Assembly: GCF_009914755.1 (NCBI RefSeq)
Contig: NC_060926.1
From: the human T2T-CHM13v2.0 reference genome, Homo sapiens
Reading direction: 5' to 3' (one strand)
Length of the DNA stretch: 64,000 nt
Position 1 is the first letter of the stretch. The number at the start of each line of letters is the position of its first letter. The translations under genes were made by a program, and so were the position numbers. Below the pieces are notes generated by a model. The model had not been told where the DNA came from. It ran no database searches and worked only from the letters and a program-made list of their open reading frames with translations. Of this stretch, positions 46,607 to 62,160 are shown one piece after another.

Positions 46607-47555
46607 CTGAATTTAATTATTCATCAAAAGAATTTCTCAGAAGAAAGTAATAAATCAGGAATAATTTCTTTCATCAAAAGATAATTAAATTCAATTCTAA
46701 CTTTACAGGACAAATTTGTTGGAACTGGCTACTGATGAAGGATTGAAGATTAATTTTGAAAATATAGTATAGTATTACTTGCTTCATTTTGGAAAGAGTT
46801 CAAAATAAATATCCTGAATTCACTGAAATTCCTTTAAAATTTAAACATTTTAAATTGAAATTTTGGTCAACATTCCTCTGTGACATGGTTTCTCTACTGC
46901 TAATGTTATTAAAACAAAATATGGAGCAAAAAAGAAACCTTGTCTTCTACAAATGGCATTGTTGGTAATCTAATTCAGATGAGATTAACACACAAGAAGC
47001 ATGCTCATTTGTCACTCTAAAGACTTCATGTATTAATATACATGGTGTTTATTCAGAGGGTGCATACAGATATTTCATATGGAGAATCACCTTTCACTCA
47101 TTACATTTTATCTAGTTACATTGGTGACACAACCAAAAGTTACAAGTATATAGACTACCTGTACAAATGCTTGTTTTCAGTACATGTGTATAATTTTTGT
47201 AATTCTTTTTTTCTAATGCTATGTTTGTGTTGATTATATTTATTGAACTATAATTTTATGTTGAATGTATTACTAAGTAGATTCTGCTGAATCTATTAAT
47301 AAAAATCTGGGCTTGTATTTTGTGTATCTTTATTTTCTTTTGTTTTTCCTAGTAATTTGGTTTTTTGTGTTTTACAAAAGTATTTATTTGCAGTGACTTG
47401 GAAATTAAAGATAGTTTGACAAAGACTGACTTACTGAAATCCCAACTTTTTTTCCTCATCTAATATTTCCATTCTCTTTATGCAGATTAATCAGATTGAA
47501 ATGATTAATGCTCACTCCTTTCCCTTCTTTCTCAACTCTTTCTGGGATGTGTGTC

Positions 47556-47658
47556 TGGGTGATTTAGCCAATCCTATCCTTCCCTTACCACTCCCTAAAA
47601 TTCACTGGTGTAATTTTAGGGAGCGTCAAGGGAAGGATAGGATTGGCTAAATCACCCA
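47556..47658. repeat. Near-perfect palindrome/hairpin (47-bp arms, 9-nt loop)
   Basis: tgggtgatttagccaatcctatccttccctt...aagggaaggataggattggctaaatcaccca; 44/47 complementary. Confidence 0.95.
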
Positions 47659-49934
47659 ACTTGGCTGTGTGAGAGAGGAGGGAACAAAGCTAGCATTACT
47701 GCATAAATGGTTTGGTGAATCTCTACCCCAGCTTTTTATGACTTCCTCTATCTGTTAAAAATATTTCACTGCTGAACTGCTGGCCATCTCCTCTCCAAAT
47801 GCCTCCACTTCAAATCTCAGAATTTCAAAGTCTGTAAATGCACTCTCTGAGAGGGGCTAATGATTACTTGCAGTGACTTACTATTATGAATAAGGCTTAA
47901 TCCTTTAAAAGAATATTCATACTTTAAAAATGAAATGAGTTAACCCAAATGGATGAGGGCTGCTCCTGTGTTTAGAAACCCATCTGTGACCATGCTGCTG
48001 TAATCCATCCTCTTTCCTTACCTGGTCAGGCAGCAAAACATAAGACCATGGAGTCACCATCCATATCCACCCTTGTCTCATTTACAAACAAGCTAAACTG
48101 AAACAAATAGTTTAATCCTAGAACCAGCATGTACTGGTAGAGGTTGAACACCTAATACATGGAAGCCGGACCCAGCTTACTTTGGGGGATAAAATTTGAA
48201 TACATCAGTATCCTAAAACTGCTTAAATAATTCAAAAATGTAAATAAGATGAACCTGGCGCCACCTGCACAGGTGCTGACAACTGACAGCCCGAGGACAA
48301 CTCCGATGGCGCCATACTCCCTCACCATCTGCCACGTGTGCAGGCTTTTTTTGTGCCTGTCTCCCTCATGAAACTGTGAGTTCATGTAAGGAGATGATAT
48401 ATGTCCCCAACAGCCCCTAGCATGGGGTCTAGCCCATGGTTTATGGCTAATAAACCTCTGTAGGATGAATGCCATCTCACCTCTTCCAAATCCACAAAGC
48501 CCGGTGACCATAGAGACATATGGCCGGTTTTGTTTATAGAAAACGGGAGCCAATGAATGAGTAACTCAGATGCTTGCCTTTTAAGAGTGGCCATCCTGGA
48601 AATTTTCCTTATCAAACTATGCCGTCACCTCAGCTTACACACCAGAATGTGCTTTGTTTTTGACTTCGAAGCCTCATAGAGCAGAGAGGAAATTGATTTG
48701 TCATCCAGGTGCATTGTGTCTAGTGATCCAGACAGAAGCATGAGCTCTCAATGATCTCTTATGTTGAACAGCATAAACAAGCCATCTGGAGCAACAGGTT
48801 CACCATGCTCAGGCACCGAGCGGCCGGGGAGGAGCTGCTTCCACCATAGCAGCCACACTGCCTCACTCTCCTTCCCTTGACAGATCTCAAGAGGAGGCAC
48901 TAGATGTCTGGGGAGCTAGACCAGAGCCCAGCTGCCAGCTTGTCCTGTTGGTCCCAGCATGCCTGCCGGTCAGCACACCAGCTCTGCCAGCAGCTGCACA
49001 CCCAGGATCAGGGTGAGCCAGTTCCACAGCCGGGACCTCAGAAAGGAATGTTCAGATGCTGCAGTGAGCAGATGGGATGTTGCAGCATCTGTGTCAGTTT
49101 CCTGACTATTTCCAAAGCTCCTACCCCAAACAGGAGATGTTTGCAGACATACCTGTGCTCATCAGGTGCTGAGATACTTCCTTTCCTAATGAAAGACAAG
49201 GTCAAGAGCACACCCCTGACGTTTCCCACAAAAAGACACTAACTCCCCACCTTCCCCCACTACTGCTCTTATTTTGTGGTAAAAATAAAAATGAGGAAAC
49301 TGAGCACAAGGGGTTTTCGTACCCCACCTGAGAGGCCCCAGTAAGGCCAGTGCTGATACTTGAATCCAGACAAACAGGTTTCAGGTTCTCAGCTTTTGAC
49401 CACTATGTACCCTATGCCCAGTGGCCAGCGATGCTCATTTCTAGAATTTAGACATCTGCAGCCCCGTTTGTAGTCGGGGCAGTGTGGTGATCCAGTGGTT
49501 AGAATGTTCTCTGACCTTGACCTTCCTCCATTCAGCTTCGGCATAAATGTACTTCCTATGAAAATATTTTTACAATTGCTTTCTTTTTATATATTATCCA
49601 AGTGCCTTAGCCTAACCTCAAGATTATCTACAAAATAACCCACTTACCTTTGGCAATATTTAGAAAATGTCTTCACTGTAATAGTCATTTTCACAGGGGT
49701 GACAAATTGATTAGTGTAAATGAAAAATGATACGTCTTAATTCCTGAATTCAGGTGGGCCAATAAGACTGGAATGTCAACCCAATGCATTTAATAAGAGA
49801 GTACTATCTCAGGTCCAGCTAGAAATAAAATTGAAATTTGTAAAAAATATTATGTCGGAATATTTTTAAATAACACATGTTAATTACATTAGGTGCTGTG
49901 AAATTTAGCTACTTTCTTTTTTCATTTTTATCTG

Positions 49935-50243
<309 letters not shown>

Positions 50244-51328
50244 TAGGGCACCCCCTGAAGACTAATAGAAATAAGTTTAGTTTGCTACATTACTGCTCTT
50301 ACTCATGGATTCCAGAAGGCTTTAATTAAATTCATGCTTTATAACTTGTCAAAAATAAAATAGACATGCATAACAGAGTTATTAGATGGTTGTCATTGAA
50401 CCAAAACAGGAATTAAAAGAGAAAGAGAAAAGAGGGCTCAAGAGGAAAGAAAAAACCTCAGACTATTTGGAAAGAGTGAGTGTTGTTTTTATTTGTGTGT
50501 AAACTTAAAAGCTGGTCAAGAGGCTGCTCTGTCCAGCATTCCCTTGAGCAAACTGACTTGGGGAATCAAAGTGAACCATTTCAGTTATGTGCGGAGGATC
50601 TGAGAAACTTTGAAAGTGTCGGTGGTAACTGTGGCAAGTGATCTTTGTCCTTCTATGAGCTCCTCCACCTTAGATAGGCCAATGTGGGCTTTATTCAAAT
50701 GGATTTATTTTCCACTATTTTCTGGAAAAATTGAGATACATTTATTTCCATCTTAAAGAAAATATAAGAATCTCTAAAGTCAAACTCTCTCTATATATTT
50801 TTTTTAGTTTTCAGAAAAGTTTACTCTGAAAATCCAGTAGAATTGATAATATCCATAAGAAATTTAGCAAATGCTCAGGAAAAACTCTAAAAGAAATACT
50901 ACCTGAGCATCAAGCATGGTAGTAAAAGAGTAATATGGAACTACAGTTTGAAATGTAATTGGATTTAACTGTATTCTGACTCTAAACATAATCAGTGGTT
51001 ACATTAGCTATTGAACAAGAGGAAGGATGAACCCCAACTGTGCCCTTCCATGGCTTAAGCCAGGACAGTTCCCTGGCTTGCAAAGGACTTAGCTTATCTC
51101 TGTTCTGTCTTCCCCATAGGAAAAGCTGGGAACTTGTTGGGAGGTATTTGAATATCAGCCTCTCAGGCAAGGCTCCCTCTACTCCCTCCTTCACCCACTT
51201 CCTGCCCAATCTTGCACATTATTCTCTTCCTATGAGGTAAATTGTCAAATCTCCCCCAAACCCAGCCTCCCTAAGTGGCTGGTGCTAACCCTTGTCTTGC
51301 AACTGTATTTGCAATCCAGTAATGCTAC

Positions 51329-54300
51329 TGATAAGGTTTGGCTGCGTCCCCACCCAAATCTCATCTTGAAATGTAGCTCCCATAATCCCTGCGTGACATA
51401 GGAGGGACACAGTAAGAGGTAATTGAATCATGGGGGTGGGTTTTTCCCATGCTATTCTCATGATAGTGAATAAGTCTCATGAGATCTGATGGTTTTATAA
51501 AGGGCAGTTCCCCTGCACATGTGCTCTTGCCTGCCACCATGTAAAACATGCCTTTGCTCCTCCTTTGCCTTCCACTATAAATGTGAGGCCTTCCCAGCCA
51601 TGTGGAACTGTGAGTCCATTAAACCTCTTTTTCTTTATAAATTATCCAGTCTTGGGCATTTCTTCATAGCAGTATGAAAATGGATGAATACAGTAAATTG
51701 GTACAGGTAGAGTGGGGTACTGCTATAAGGATACCTGAAAATGTGGAAGCGACTTTGGAACTGGGTAACAGGCAGAGGTTGGAAAAATTTGGAGGGTGCA
51801 GAAAAAGACAGGAAAATGTGAGAAAGTGTGGAACTTCCTAGAGACTTATTGAATGGCTTTGACAAAATGCTGACAGTGATATGGACAATGAAATCCAGGC
51901 TGAGGTGGTCTCAGATGGAGATGATGAACTTGTTGGGAACTGGAATAAAGGTGACTCTTGCTATGTTTTAGCAAAGAGACTGGTGGCATTTTGCCCCTGC
52001 CCTAGAGATCTGTGGAACTTTGAACTTGAGAGAGTTGATTTAGGGTATCTGGCAGAAGAAATTTCTAAGCAGCAAAGCATTTCAGAGGTCACCTGGTGCT
52101 GTTAAAAGCATTCAGTTTTATGTATTCACAAAAATATGGCTTGGAATTTGAACTTATATTTAAACGGGAAGCAGAGCATAAAAGTTTGGAAAATTTGCAG
52201 CCTGATGATGCAATAAAAAAGAAAAACCCATTTTTTGAAATGAAATTCAAGCTAGCTACAGAAATTTGCATAAATAATGAGAAGCCAAATGTTAATCACC
52301 AAGACAATGGGGAACATGTCTCCAGGGCATGTCAGAAGTCTCCCCAGCAACATTCCCATCACAAGCCAGGAAGCCTATGAGAAAAAATGTTTTTGTGGGC
52401 TGGACCAGGGTCTTGTTGCTTTGTGCAGTCTCGGGACTTGGTGCCCTGCATACCAGCTGTGGCTAAAAGGGGCCAACATAGAGCTCAGGCTGTTGCTTCA
52501 CAGGGTGCAAACTCCAGACCTTGGCAGCTTACACATGGTGTTAGGCCTGTAGGTGCACAGAAGTCAAGAATTGAGGTTTGGGAACCTCCACCTAGATCTC
52601 AGAGGATGTATGGAAATACCTGGATGTCCAGGCAGAAGTGTGCTGCAGGGGTAGAGATCTCTTGGAGAACCTCTGCTAGGGCAGTGTGGAAGGGAAATGT
52701 GGGGTGGGAGCCCCTACACAGAGTCCCCACTAGGGCACTGACTAGTGGAGCTGTGAGAAGAGGGCCACCATGTCTAGACCCCAGAATGACAGATCTGTTC
52801 CCGGACTGAACCAGGTCTGGCTGCATTTTCTCATGGCCCTATAATGAGATGCATATGAATTGGGAAAGAAGAGAGTTTGCTTCTGTAACTGGATACAGGG
52901 AGAGGGTCAGAGATAATTTGTTAGACCAACTCAGGATTATAAATTTTTTCCAGTGCCTACATATGTTTAGATTGTATGCCTATGTTCAGTACCATATTCA
53001 CCTAAGTTTATAGGTGATTAATTTTGTTTTAACTACAAGGCCAGAGGCCAGAGATGTCCTCTAAATCTACTTAATCCATGAGGGCCCTGGAATCATGGTG
53101 ATTAAGAAATGTCTCCTAAGTCTGTTTAATGAGGGCCCTGATACTGGAGTGATTACTTCTGTCTTATCTTACCTACGATTTGTGTCTAGAGAGTTGCTTC
53201 AGACCCCCAGTAAATTTATTCAACCCAAGATGGGTCTTGGTATGAGGAATGTAGGGCTGTCTTTGTTATCTTGACTTACCCCAGGTGTGGTCAACCCAAG
53301 ATGGGTCCTGGTACAAGGAATGTAAAGCTATTTCCATTATCTTTACTTGTTCCAAGCTTCAGGAGAAGCCTGAGCAAGACTCTCCTGAAACATATGTTTC
53401 ATTTCTGGCTTTAATGTCTGGGCATCAGTTTCCCTAGGTTTAATTATTAACTTACTGTTAAGGCAGACGCTGTGGAAGTTTGCCTGTATAACTGGAGTGC
53501 TATGGAGCCCTGTCTGTGTGACTCTCAGGGAGAATTGGCCTGCCACAGATCAACAACGGCTTGCACTGTGTGCCTGGAAAAGCCGCAGCCCGTGAAAGCA
53601 GCAGAGAGGGAGGCAAAAAGCCACAAGGGCAGAGCTCCCCCAGACCATGGAAACCCAGCTCTTGCATCAGCATGACCTGGATGTGAGACATAGAGTCAAA
53701 GGAGATCATTTTGGAGCTTTAGGATTTGACTGCCCTGCTGGATTTTGCAATTGCATGGAGCCTGTATCCCCTTTGCTTTGGCCAATTTCTCCCATTTGGA
53801 ACAGATGTATTTACCCAATGCCTGTACCCCCATTGAATCTAGGAAGTAACTAACTTGCTTTTGATTTTACAGGCTCATAGGCACAAGGGACTTGCCTTGT
53901 CTCAGATAAGACTTTGGACTGTGGACTTTTGAGATAATGCTGAAAACAATTAGGACTTTGGGGGACTATTGGGAAGGCATGATTGGTTTTGAAATGTGAG
54001 GACATGAGATTTGGGAGGGGACAGGTGTGGAATGATATGGTTTGGCTGTGTCCCCTCCCAAATCTCATCTTGAATTGTAGCTCCCATAATCCCCACATGT
54101 CATGGGAGGAACTTGGTGGGAGGTAATTAAATCATGGGAGCAGGTCTTTCCTGTGCTGTCCTTGTGATAGTGAATAAGTCTCACAAGAGCTGATGGTTTT
54201 ATAAAGGGCAGTTTCCCTGCACACACTGTCTTGCCTGCCACCATGTAAAACGTGGCTTTGCTCCTCCTTTGCCTTCCCCCATTATTGTGAGGCCTCCCAG

Positions 54301-54395
54301 CTAGGTGGAATTGTGAGTCCATTAAACCTCTTTTTCTTTATAAGTTACCCAGTCTCAGGTATTTATTCATAGAATTATGAAAATGGACTAATACA
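51329..54395 (+). mobile_element. THE1 (ERVL-MaLR, THE1C/D-like) provirus: LTR 51329-51692, internal region, LTR 54033-54395
   Basis: Two homologous LTRs tgat..ggtttggctg...aataca; perfect 5-bp TSD gctac. Confidence 0.93.
52796..53547 (-). mobile_element. ERV1 solo LTR (MER34/MER39/LTR29-like) nested in THE1-int
   Basis: TG...CA termini, 4-bp TSD gatc; minus-strand start tgtggcaggcca. Confidence 0.8.
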
Positions 54396-55799
54396 GCTAC
54401 TTCTTCCCCAGTGGCCCAATTTGTTAAACTACCCTAAAATATACTCCAACAACTACCGGGAAGTCAATCCTGCTGAATAATTTTTACCAGTTCACACATT
54501 AATTTGTTATTTATTAACAGCTGAAGGAGGACAAGGAGCCTGCAAAAGCTCCTAGAATGTTACAGGCATTTCTTTATCATTCCTGCACACTTGATACTGA
54601 CTTGGGAGTTAGTGAGTAAATATAGGTTAAAAAAGAGGTTGGGATGGAAGATAAGCCCTATTCTTACAGAAACTTGTGATTAACTCTCACCAAACCTTGG
54701 CATATTTAGTTTTCTACATTACATATTTTTCTATTTTTCTTCTGTAGAGATGATAGTTGCCTATTATAAATTGTAAATTTGGGACAAGTTAAGATCACCC
54801 CAGGAGTGTAAAATCTTGGCAGCTGCTGGAAGTCTGCTCAAGCACAGTGTAGTTGGTTTTCCTTACTTACCCTCATAGATATCCGCAACTGAAAATAGGT
54901 TGTATGGCTTTCAACTATAGAAATACGGCTCTTTATGCTATGGGTCTTTAGAGGACAAAAATAACCCTGGCTGCAGGGCGTCATGAACAGAGGTGTGGAT
55001 GAGGACTAGTAGGCTTTTCCCAAGGCTAAGTCACTAGGTCCATTTAGCTGATGTGCAAGGAAAGGGAGGCAAGGCTTGGAAAATAAGTTGGCGAGGGGAA
55101 AAGGGCCCTAGTGACAACCTGAAGAGTCCGTGGTCTGAAACCTAATACAGTGGAGGAAATGGAGCAGTGGAGACTGCAGTGACTCAGAAGAAGAACAGCA
55201 AGGATTTTATTCATCCATTAGAAACAATTAAAGCTCCAATGTAACCCACATGCTCCCCTTGGTCAAAAGCCCTTAGCACAGATTGTGGCTCCTGAAAGGC
55301 TATTTAGCTACCATTTTAAAAATCATTCTGAAAGTTAAGGCAACAAGAGCAGGATCTTCTGCTCTGGGCTCAATTGTAATATTGGAGAAAGGACTATGTG
55401 GCCAAGCAGAAATTATGGGAACTTGGGAGAAATTCCCTGCCATGTTGGAGTGAATTCCAGACAAGGGAGATGATGGCATTGTCTTATGGGTCTTACATTT
55501 TAAGAAGATGTATTTCATAATTTCCAGAGAAAAGATAATCATAAATTCTTGGTGAAATTTTATTTTAAAAAGACTCATAAATGTGTATTTTTGCTAATCT
55601 ATTCATAATTGAGGTCACAGTGGTGGTGAGAATTTGAGAGGAGAGGGTCAAATTGTGCCCAACCTCACAGGCTATGGCAGGGACTTCAGCATTTACTGTG
55701 AGGTGGAACACTGTTGGAGGGCTTTGAGCATAGGATTCATGCGAGGTGACTGACATCTGAAAATGTTCACACTGGCTGCTCTGTTTACCTAGCACCTCC

Positions 55800-57620
<1,821 letters not shown>

Positions 57621-58073
57621 GAATTTTTTTGAATGCATGGAATAATAGTTAGCTATTCCATATGCACAGTATTTGTTACTGAAGTAAAAACAATCCTTCC
57701 ACTATTTTAGGATCAATTTAAAATTAATATGGTTAATACAAAACTGAACACATGGAAGAAAACTACTAAAGCAAACAGGTATTTCCTGCCCCCCAGGCAT
57801 TCCAAAAGAAAAAAAGCTGATATTTTCAGTTTCCTGCAGGATCTTTACTCACCAAGATTAATTTCAATCAATTCCAGTGCACTGCAGTGGAGCAATGGAC
57901 AGCCCTCACAATATGATGGAAAGGTGACTGGCCTGTGAACAGGGAGCCATGGATTCCAGTCTTGATGGTGTCACTGTGTGGTTTCAGGCTAATTCCCTCA
58001 ACTATAAAGGAGGCAATGATGACTGCTCTACCCAACCCCCAGAGTTGTTTTCAGGATCAAAAGAGCTAGTGGA

Positions 58074-58381
<308 letters not shown>

Positions 58382-58672
58382 CTAGTGGACATGGAAGTGC
58401 TACATAAAGAATAAAGGGCTGGATAGAAGGATTATCATTATTAGACTCATGAAAAGTACATTATGTTCAGGAGTAACTTAAGGTCTCTGTAGTAGACATT
58501 CTCAATTCGGAGAAGCAAGTCAGATTGCACGTCAAGAACACAGCAGGGGTGAGTGGGCTTGACCTCTCCACACACTCTCCAGGCAGAGTTGTGGAGAAGC
58601 ACACCAGAGCAGTTTGCAGGAGTCCATATTTTGTCACGATAGGGCCCTGAGAAGTCCACCTTCAGGGATCAC

Positions 58673-59054
58673 TGATATGATTTGGATTTGTGTTCCCGCC
58701 CAAACCTCATGTCAAATTGTAATTCCCAATGTAGGAGGAGGGCCCTGGTAGGAGGTGATTGGATCATGGGAGTGGATTTCCCCCTTGCTGTTTTTGTGAT
58801 AGCGAGTGAGTTCTCATGAGATCTGGTGTTTCAAATGTGTAGCACCTCCCTCTTCTCTCTCTTCCTCCTTCTCTGGCCATGTAAGATGTGCCTGCTTCCC
58901 CTTCACCTTCCACCATGATTGTAAGCTTCCTGAGACCTCTCCAGCCATGCTTCCTGTACAGCCTGTGGAACCTTGAGTCAATTAAACCTCTTTTCTTTAT
59001 AAATTACCCAGTCCTAGGTAGTTCTTTATAGTGATGCAAGATCGCACTAATACA
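58673..59054 (+). mobile_element. MST (MaLR) solo LTR
   Basis: tgatatgatttggatttgtgt...ctaataca; 5-bp TSD atcac. Confidence 0.9.
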
Positions 59055-59584
59055 ATCACTCTACTGAGTGCTGTCACCTCTGTGCCATTGGAGTCCCATG
59101 GTGCAGATTAACTATTGTTGAGGCTTGGCAGGACCTGGCAAGCTCTGTTCTTCCTGGCTCGTGCTCATGGCCAGTCCCAGCCCCCTCCAGAGCAGCCTAG
59201 ATGAGCTGGGCCTCAGGACCCCTTTTGTCCCCCCTATCCTCCAGAGAAGTGCCATTCACTGGGCCTCCCACCCAGCCACCTGGCTTCTGTCTTCTGTACT
59301 GACAGTCAGAAATCCATTCTTATTAACTGCTGCCTAATTATCTGCTTAATTAAGGGCACTTGCTGGTGAGATAGGCCCCTCCGTTCCAGGTTCCTGCCAT
59401 ACCTATCACGGTTAATTTGTTCCTGAAGAATCAGGACCGAAGTCTTGTTTCAGCCAGACGTTTGGTTATCCGTAAGTCAGCTCCCACTCAGTCCCCCTGG
59501 ATAATTGGGAATAGCCTGTGCAGCGGGGCGGGCCAAGGCACAGGAAGAAAGTCTCCCTGAACCCAGCTGTTAACGGTGTCTGCC

Positions 59585-59720
59585 AGCCAGTAGCTTTGGC
59601 ATCACCTGGAGCTGCTTCAGAATGAACCATCTCAAGGCCCGCCACAAAACTACTGAAGCAGAACGTGCATTTTAACCATAGCCACGGGTGATGTGGGGTT
59701 GAGAAGCACCGCCCCAGACT
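59585..59720. mobile_element. MER5A-like fragment
   Basis: gcatcacctggagct...ctactgaagcagaa..gcattttaac...ttgagaagcac. Confidence 0.6.
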
Positions 59721-60402
59721 AAGGAATGACTTGGACAGCACTGGAGCATTGCCAGAGGCACCAGGGAGCGTCCAAAGACAGCGTTTACGCTGCTGTATAG
59801 AGGACACCAAAGGAGCAGTGAGCCAACTGGAGGAATAAAGGGAACACAGTTACCACCTACATGGAGGGGAAGGAGCTGGGTGGCTCTCGAGGCCTGAGGG
59901 TTATGACTCCCTGCTGGGTAGATCTCTCTTATCAACAGTGGGAAGGGGCAATTTGAGAAGCACCATTCAGTGAACACAGTTTTCACCTAACCCAAGAAAA
60001 CTGTAAAAATATGTCAAACGGGCATAAGCCCAGTCTCTGGATAATTCTAATTTCAAAACAACAACATTCCTTTGAGCATACCTAAACAAGGTCAAAATGA
60101 ACAGCGTCAGAATGGACCAAGGATTTGTACAAAAACTAACAAACAGAAACCAAAACAAAACACCCAGCCAAAATCTGGCTGCAAACCCTCTAAGCAAATG
60201 AAAATAAATGACATATATACTATGAGATTAAGCGTTTGCCCTCTTGTTATCAGTGAGAAAGGGCAAGGTGTCATCACAGATGAATCAGCAATAGAGTTTG
60301 AGATAAGAAATTGGAGGACCTAAGTTTGAATCTTGGTTCCACTTCTGTGACAGTTTCATACTTTTACCTTGTTGACAATCTTTGATAAAATAAAGCTCAT
60401 AA

Positions 60403-60712
60403 GGCTGGGTATGGTGGCTCATGCCTGTAATCCCAGCACTTTGGGAGGCCGAGGCAGACGGATCACATGAGATCCAGAGTTCAAAACCAGCCTGGCCAAC
60501 ATGCCAAACCCTGTCTCTAATAAAAATACACAAATTAACTAGGCATGGTGGCGTGCGCCTGTAATCCCAGCTACTCAGGAGGCTAAGGCACAAGAATTAC
60601 TGGAACCCATGAGGCAGAGGTTGCAGTGAGCCAAGATCCTACCACTACACTCTAGCCTAGATGACAGAGCAAGACTCTGCTTCAAAAATAATAAATAAAA
60701 ATAAATAAATAA
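60403..60712 (+). mobile_element. Alu
   Basis: TSD aaataaagctcataa. Confidence 0.9.
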
Positions 60713-61836
60713 AGCTCATAATATGTTTCAAGGGAGTGTCATGGGAATCAGCCAGGATGGCTGGAATACACCTACCTGCCTGGCACCTGAGTCAGCTTAC
60801 GGTATATTCTTCACTCTTCATTCCTCAGCCCAAGGTGATATTGGGCTTAGCAGGGCTGGGACCGGGCTGCATCTGGGAATAAGGGGAATCCCGGGCGAAA
60901 GAAGGTTAGAGGACAAAGTGCCGTCTTTGCTGGAATCAAACATTGTCTTCCAGAGAGGAGTCATTTTGGGGTCTGGATAAAATTCTGGTGCATGGGCCCA
61001 AGACTTGGAACCCATCCCAGCCCTGGTACCAGCCAAAAAGATGTAAGGCAAAAATGAGAATCCTCTCTCCTAGTTAATTTTAAAAGACATGAAATTTCCT
61101 CAGTTTTCTCCATGTATTTATATGTTTTATGCAATTTTGCTTAATACGTAGATCTTTCTTTTGCCTAGCCCAGCAAGGTCGAGAGATTCTCCTCTCAATT
61201 ATATTTTACAGCTAACCTGCTCCTATACAAGGAAGTCAGGGTATCGGGATATGTATAGCAAGATCCAGCAGAAAATCAGAGAAGAAAAGAAAAAAAAATC
61301 AGGGATATAAGGTGGATAGGAAATTTATGATTTTCAGTGTTGAGTGAGTGGAAAGGAGAAGAAACTGGAAGAAAAGAGGTGAAGAAAATGATTGAGAGGA
61401 GTTTTGATGACGAAAGAGGCCTTTTAAATAGCAGATTCTATAAACCTGCAGGCTAAGCCGAATGAATATTCAGTGACAAAATATAACGTAACAGCAGTGA
61501 GGGCAAGGAAGGCATGGGCCACAAATGAATGAGGCATTAATAAAACACTAAACCCTCCCCTCACTGGAGCACCAGTATGAGAGGTGCTAAAGCATAACGA
61601 TGTGCAAGTTAATAAATACCATGGCCAAACAAGCGGGTGGCAAAGGCACTCAAGCCATTGAAATCATGCTGAAGATACTGACAAAAGATGTCATGAAGTG
61701 CCTGGGAAATACCGCCCTGATCTACTTACAGTTGACGGGGTCGGGGTGCAGGGTGGGCAATTTTGTACTCATTTATAATTTTAAATTAGTTTTCCTCCTC
61801 CAAATCCTTCACTTTATTTTTAAAAAAATAATTGTG

Positions 61837-62123
61837 GGCTGGGCATAGTTGCTCACACCCGTAATCCTAGCACTTTGGGAGGCCAAGGCGAGTGGATCAC
61901 CTGAGGTCAGGAGTTCAAGACCAGCCTGGCCAACATGGTGAAACCCCATCTCTACTAAAAATACAAAAATTAGCCAGGTGTGATGGTGCATACCTGTAAT
62001 CCCAGCTACCTGGGAGGCCGAGGCAGGAGAATTGCTGGAACTCAGGAGGCAGAGGCTGCACTGAGCCGAGATAGTACCACTGCACTCCAGCCTGGGTAAC
62101 AAAGCGAGACTCCATCTCAAAAA

Positions 62124-62159
<36 letters not shown>

Positions 62160-62160
62160 A
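61837..62160 (+). mobile_element. Alu with (TAAA)n tail
   Basis: Dimeric consensus. Confidence 0.9.

Larger units (their letters stand above)
43640..47420 (+). mobile_element. Decayed near-complete hAT/Charlie (Buster/ZBED5-like) transposon
   Basis: Frameshifted motifs: EFGF..KPQCVICRDILASETMKSSK (BED finger), LKLDECTDI, AAMIGKHSG, ELATDEGLKINFE..ASFW, IKTKY. Confidence 0.8.

Noticed and set aside
51881-52809. ORFs up to 140 aa
   Set aside because: Fragments of the decayed THE1 internal region
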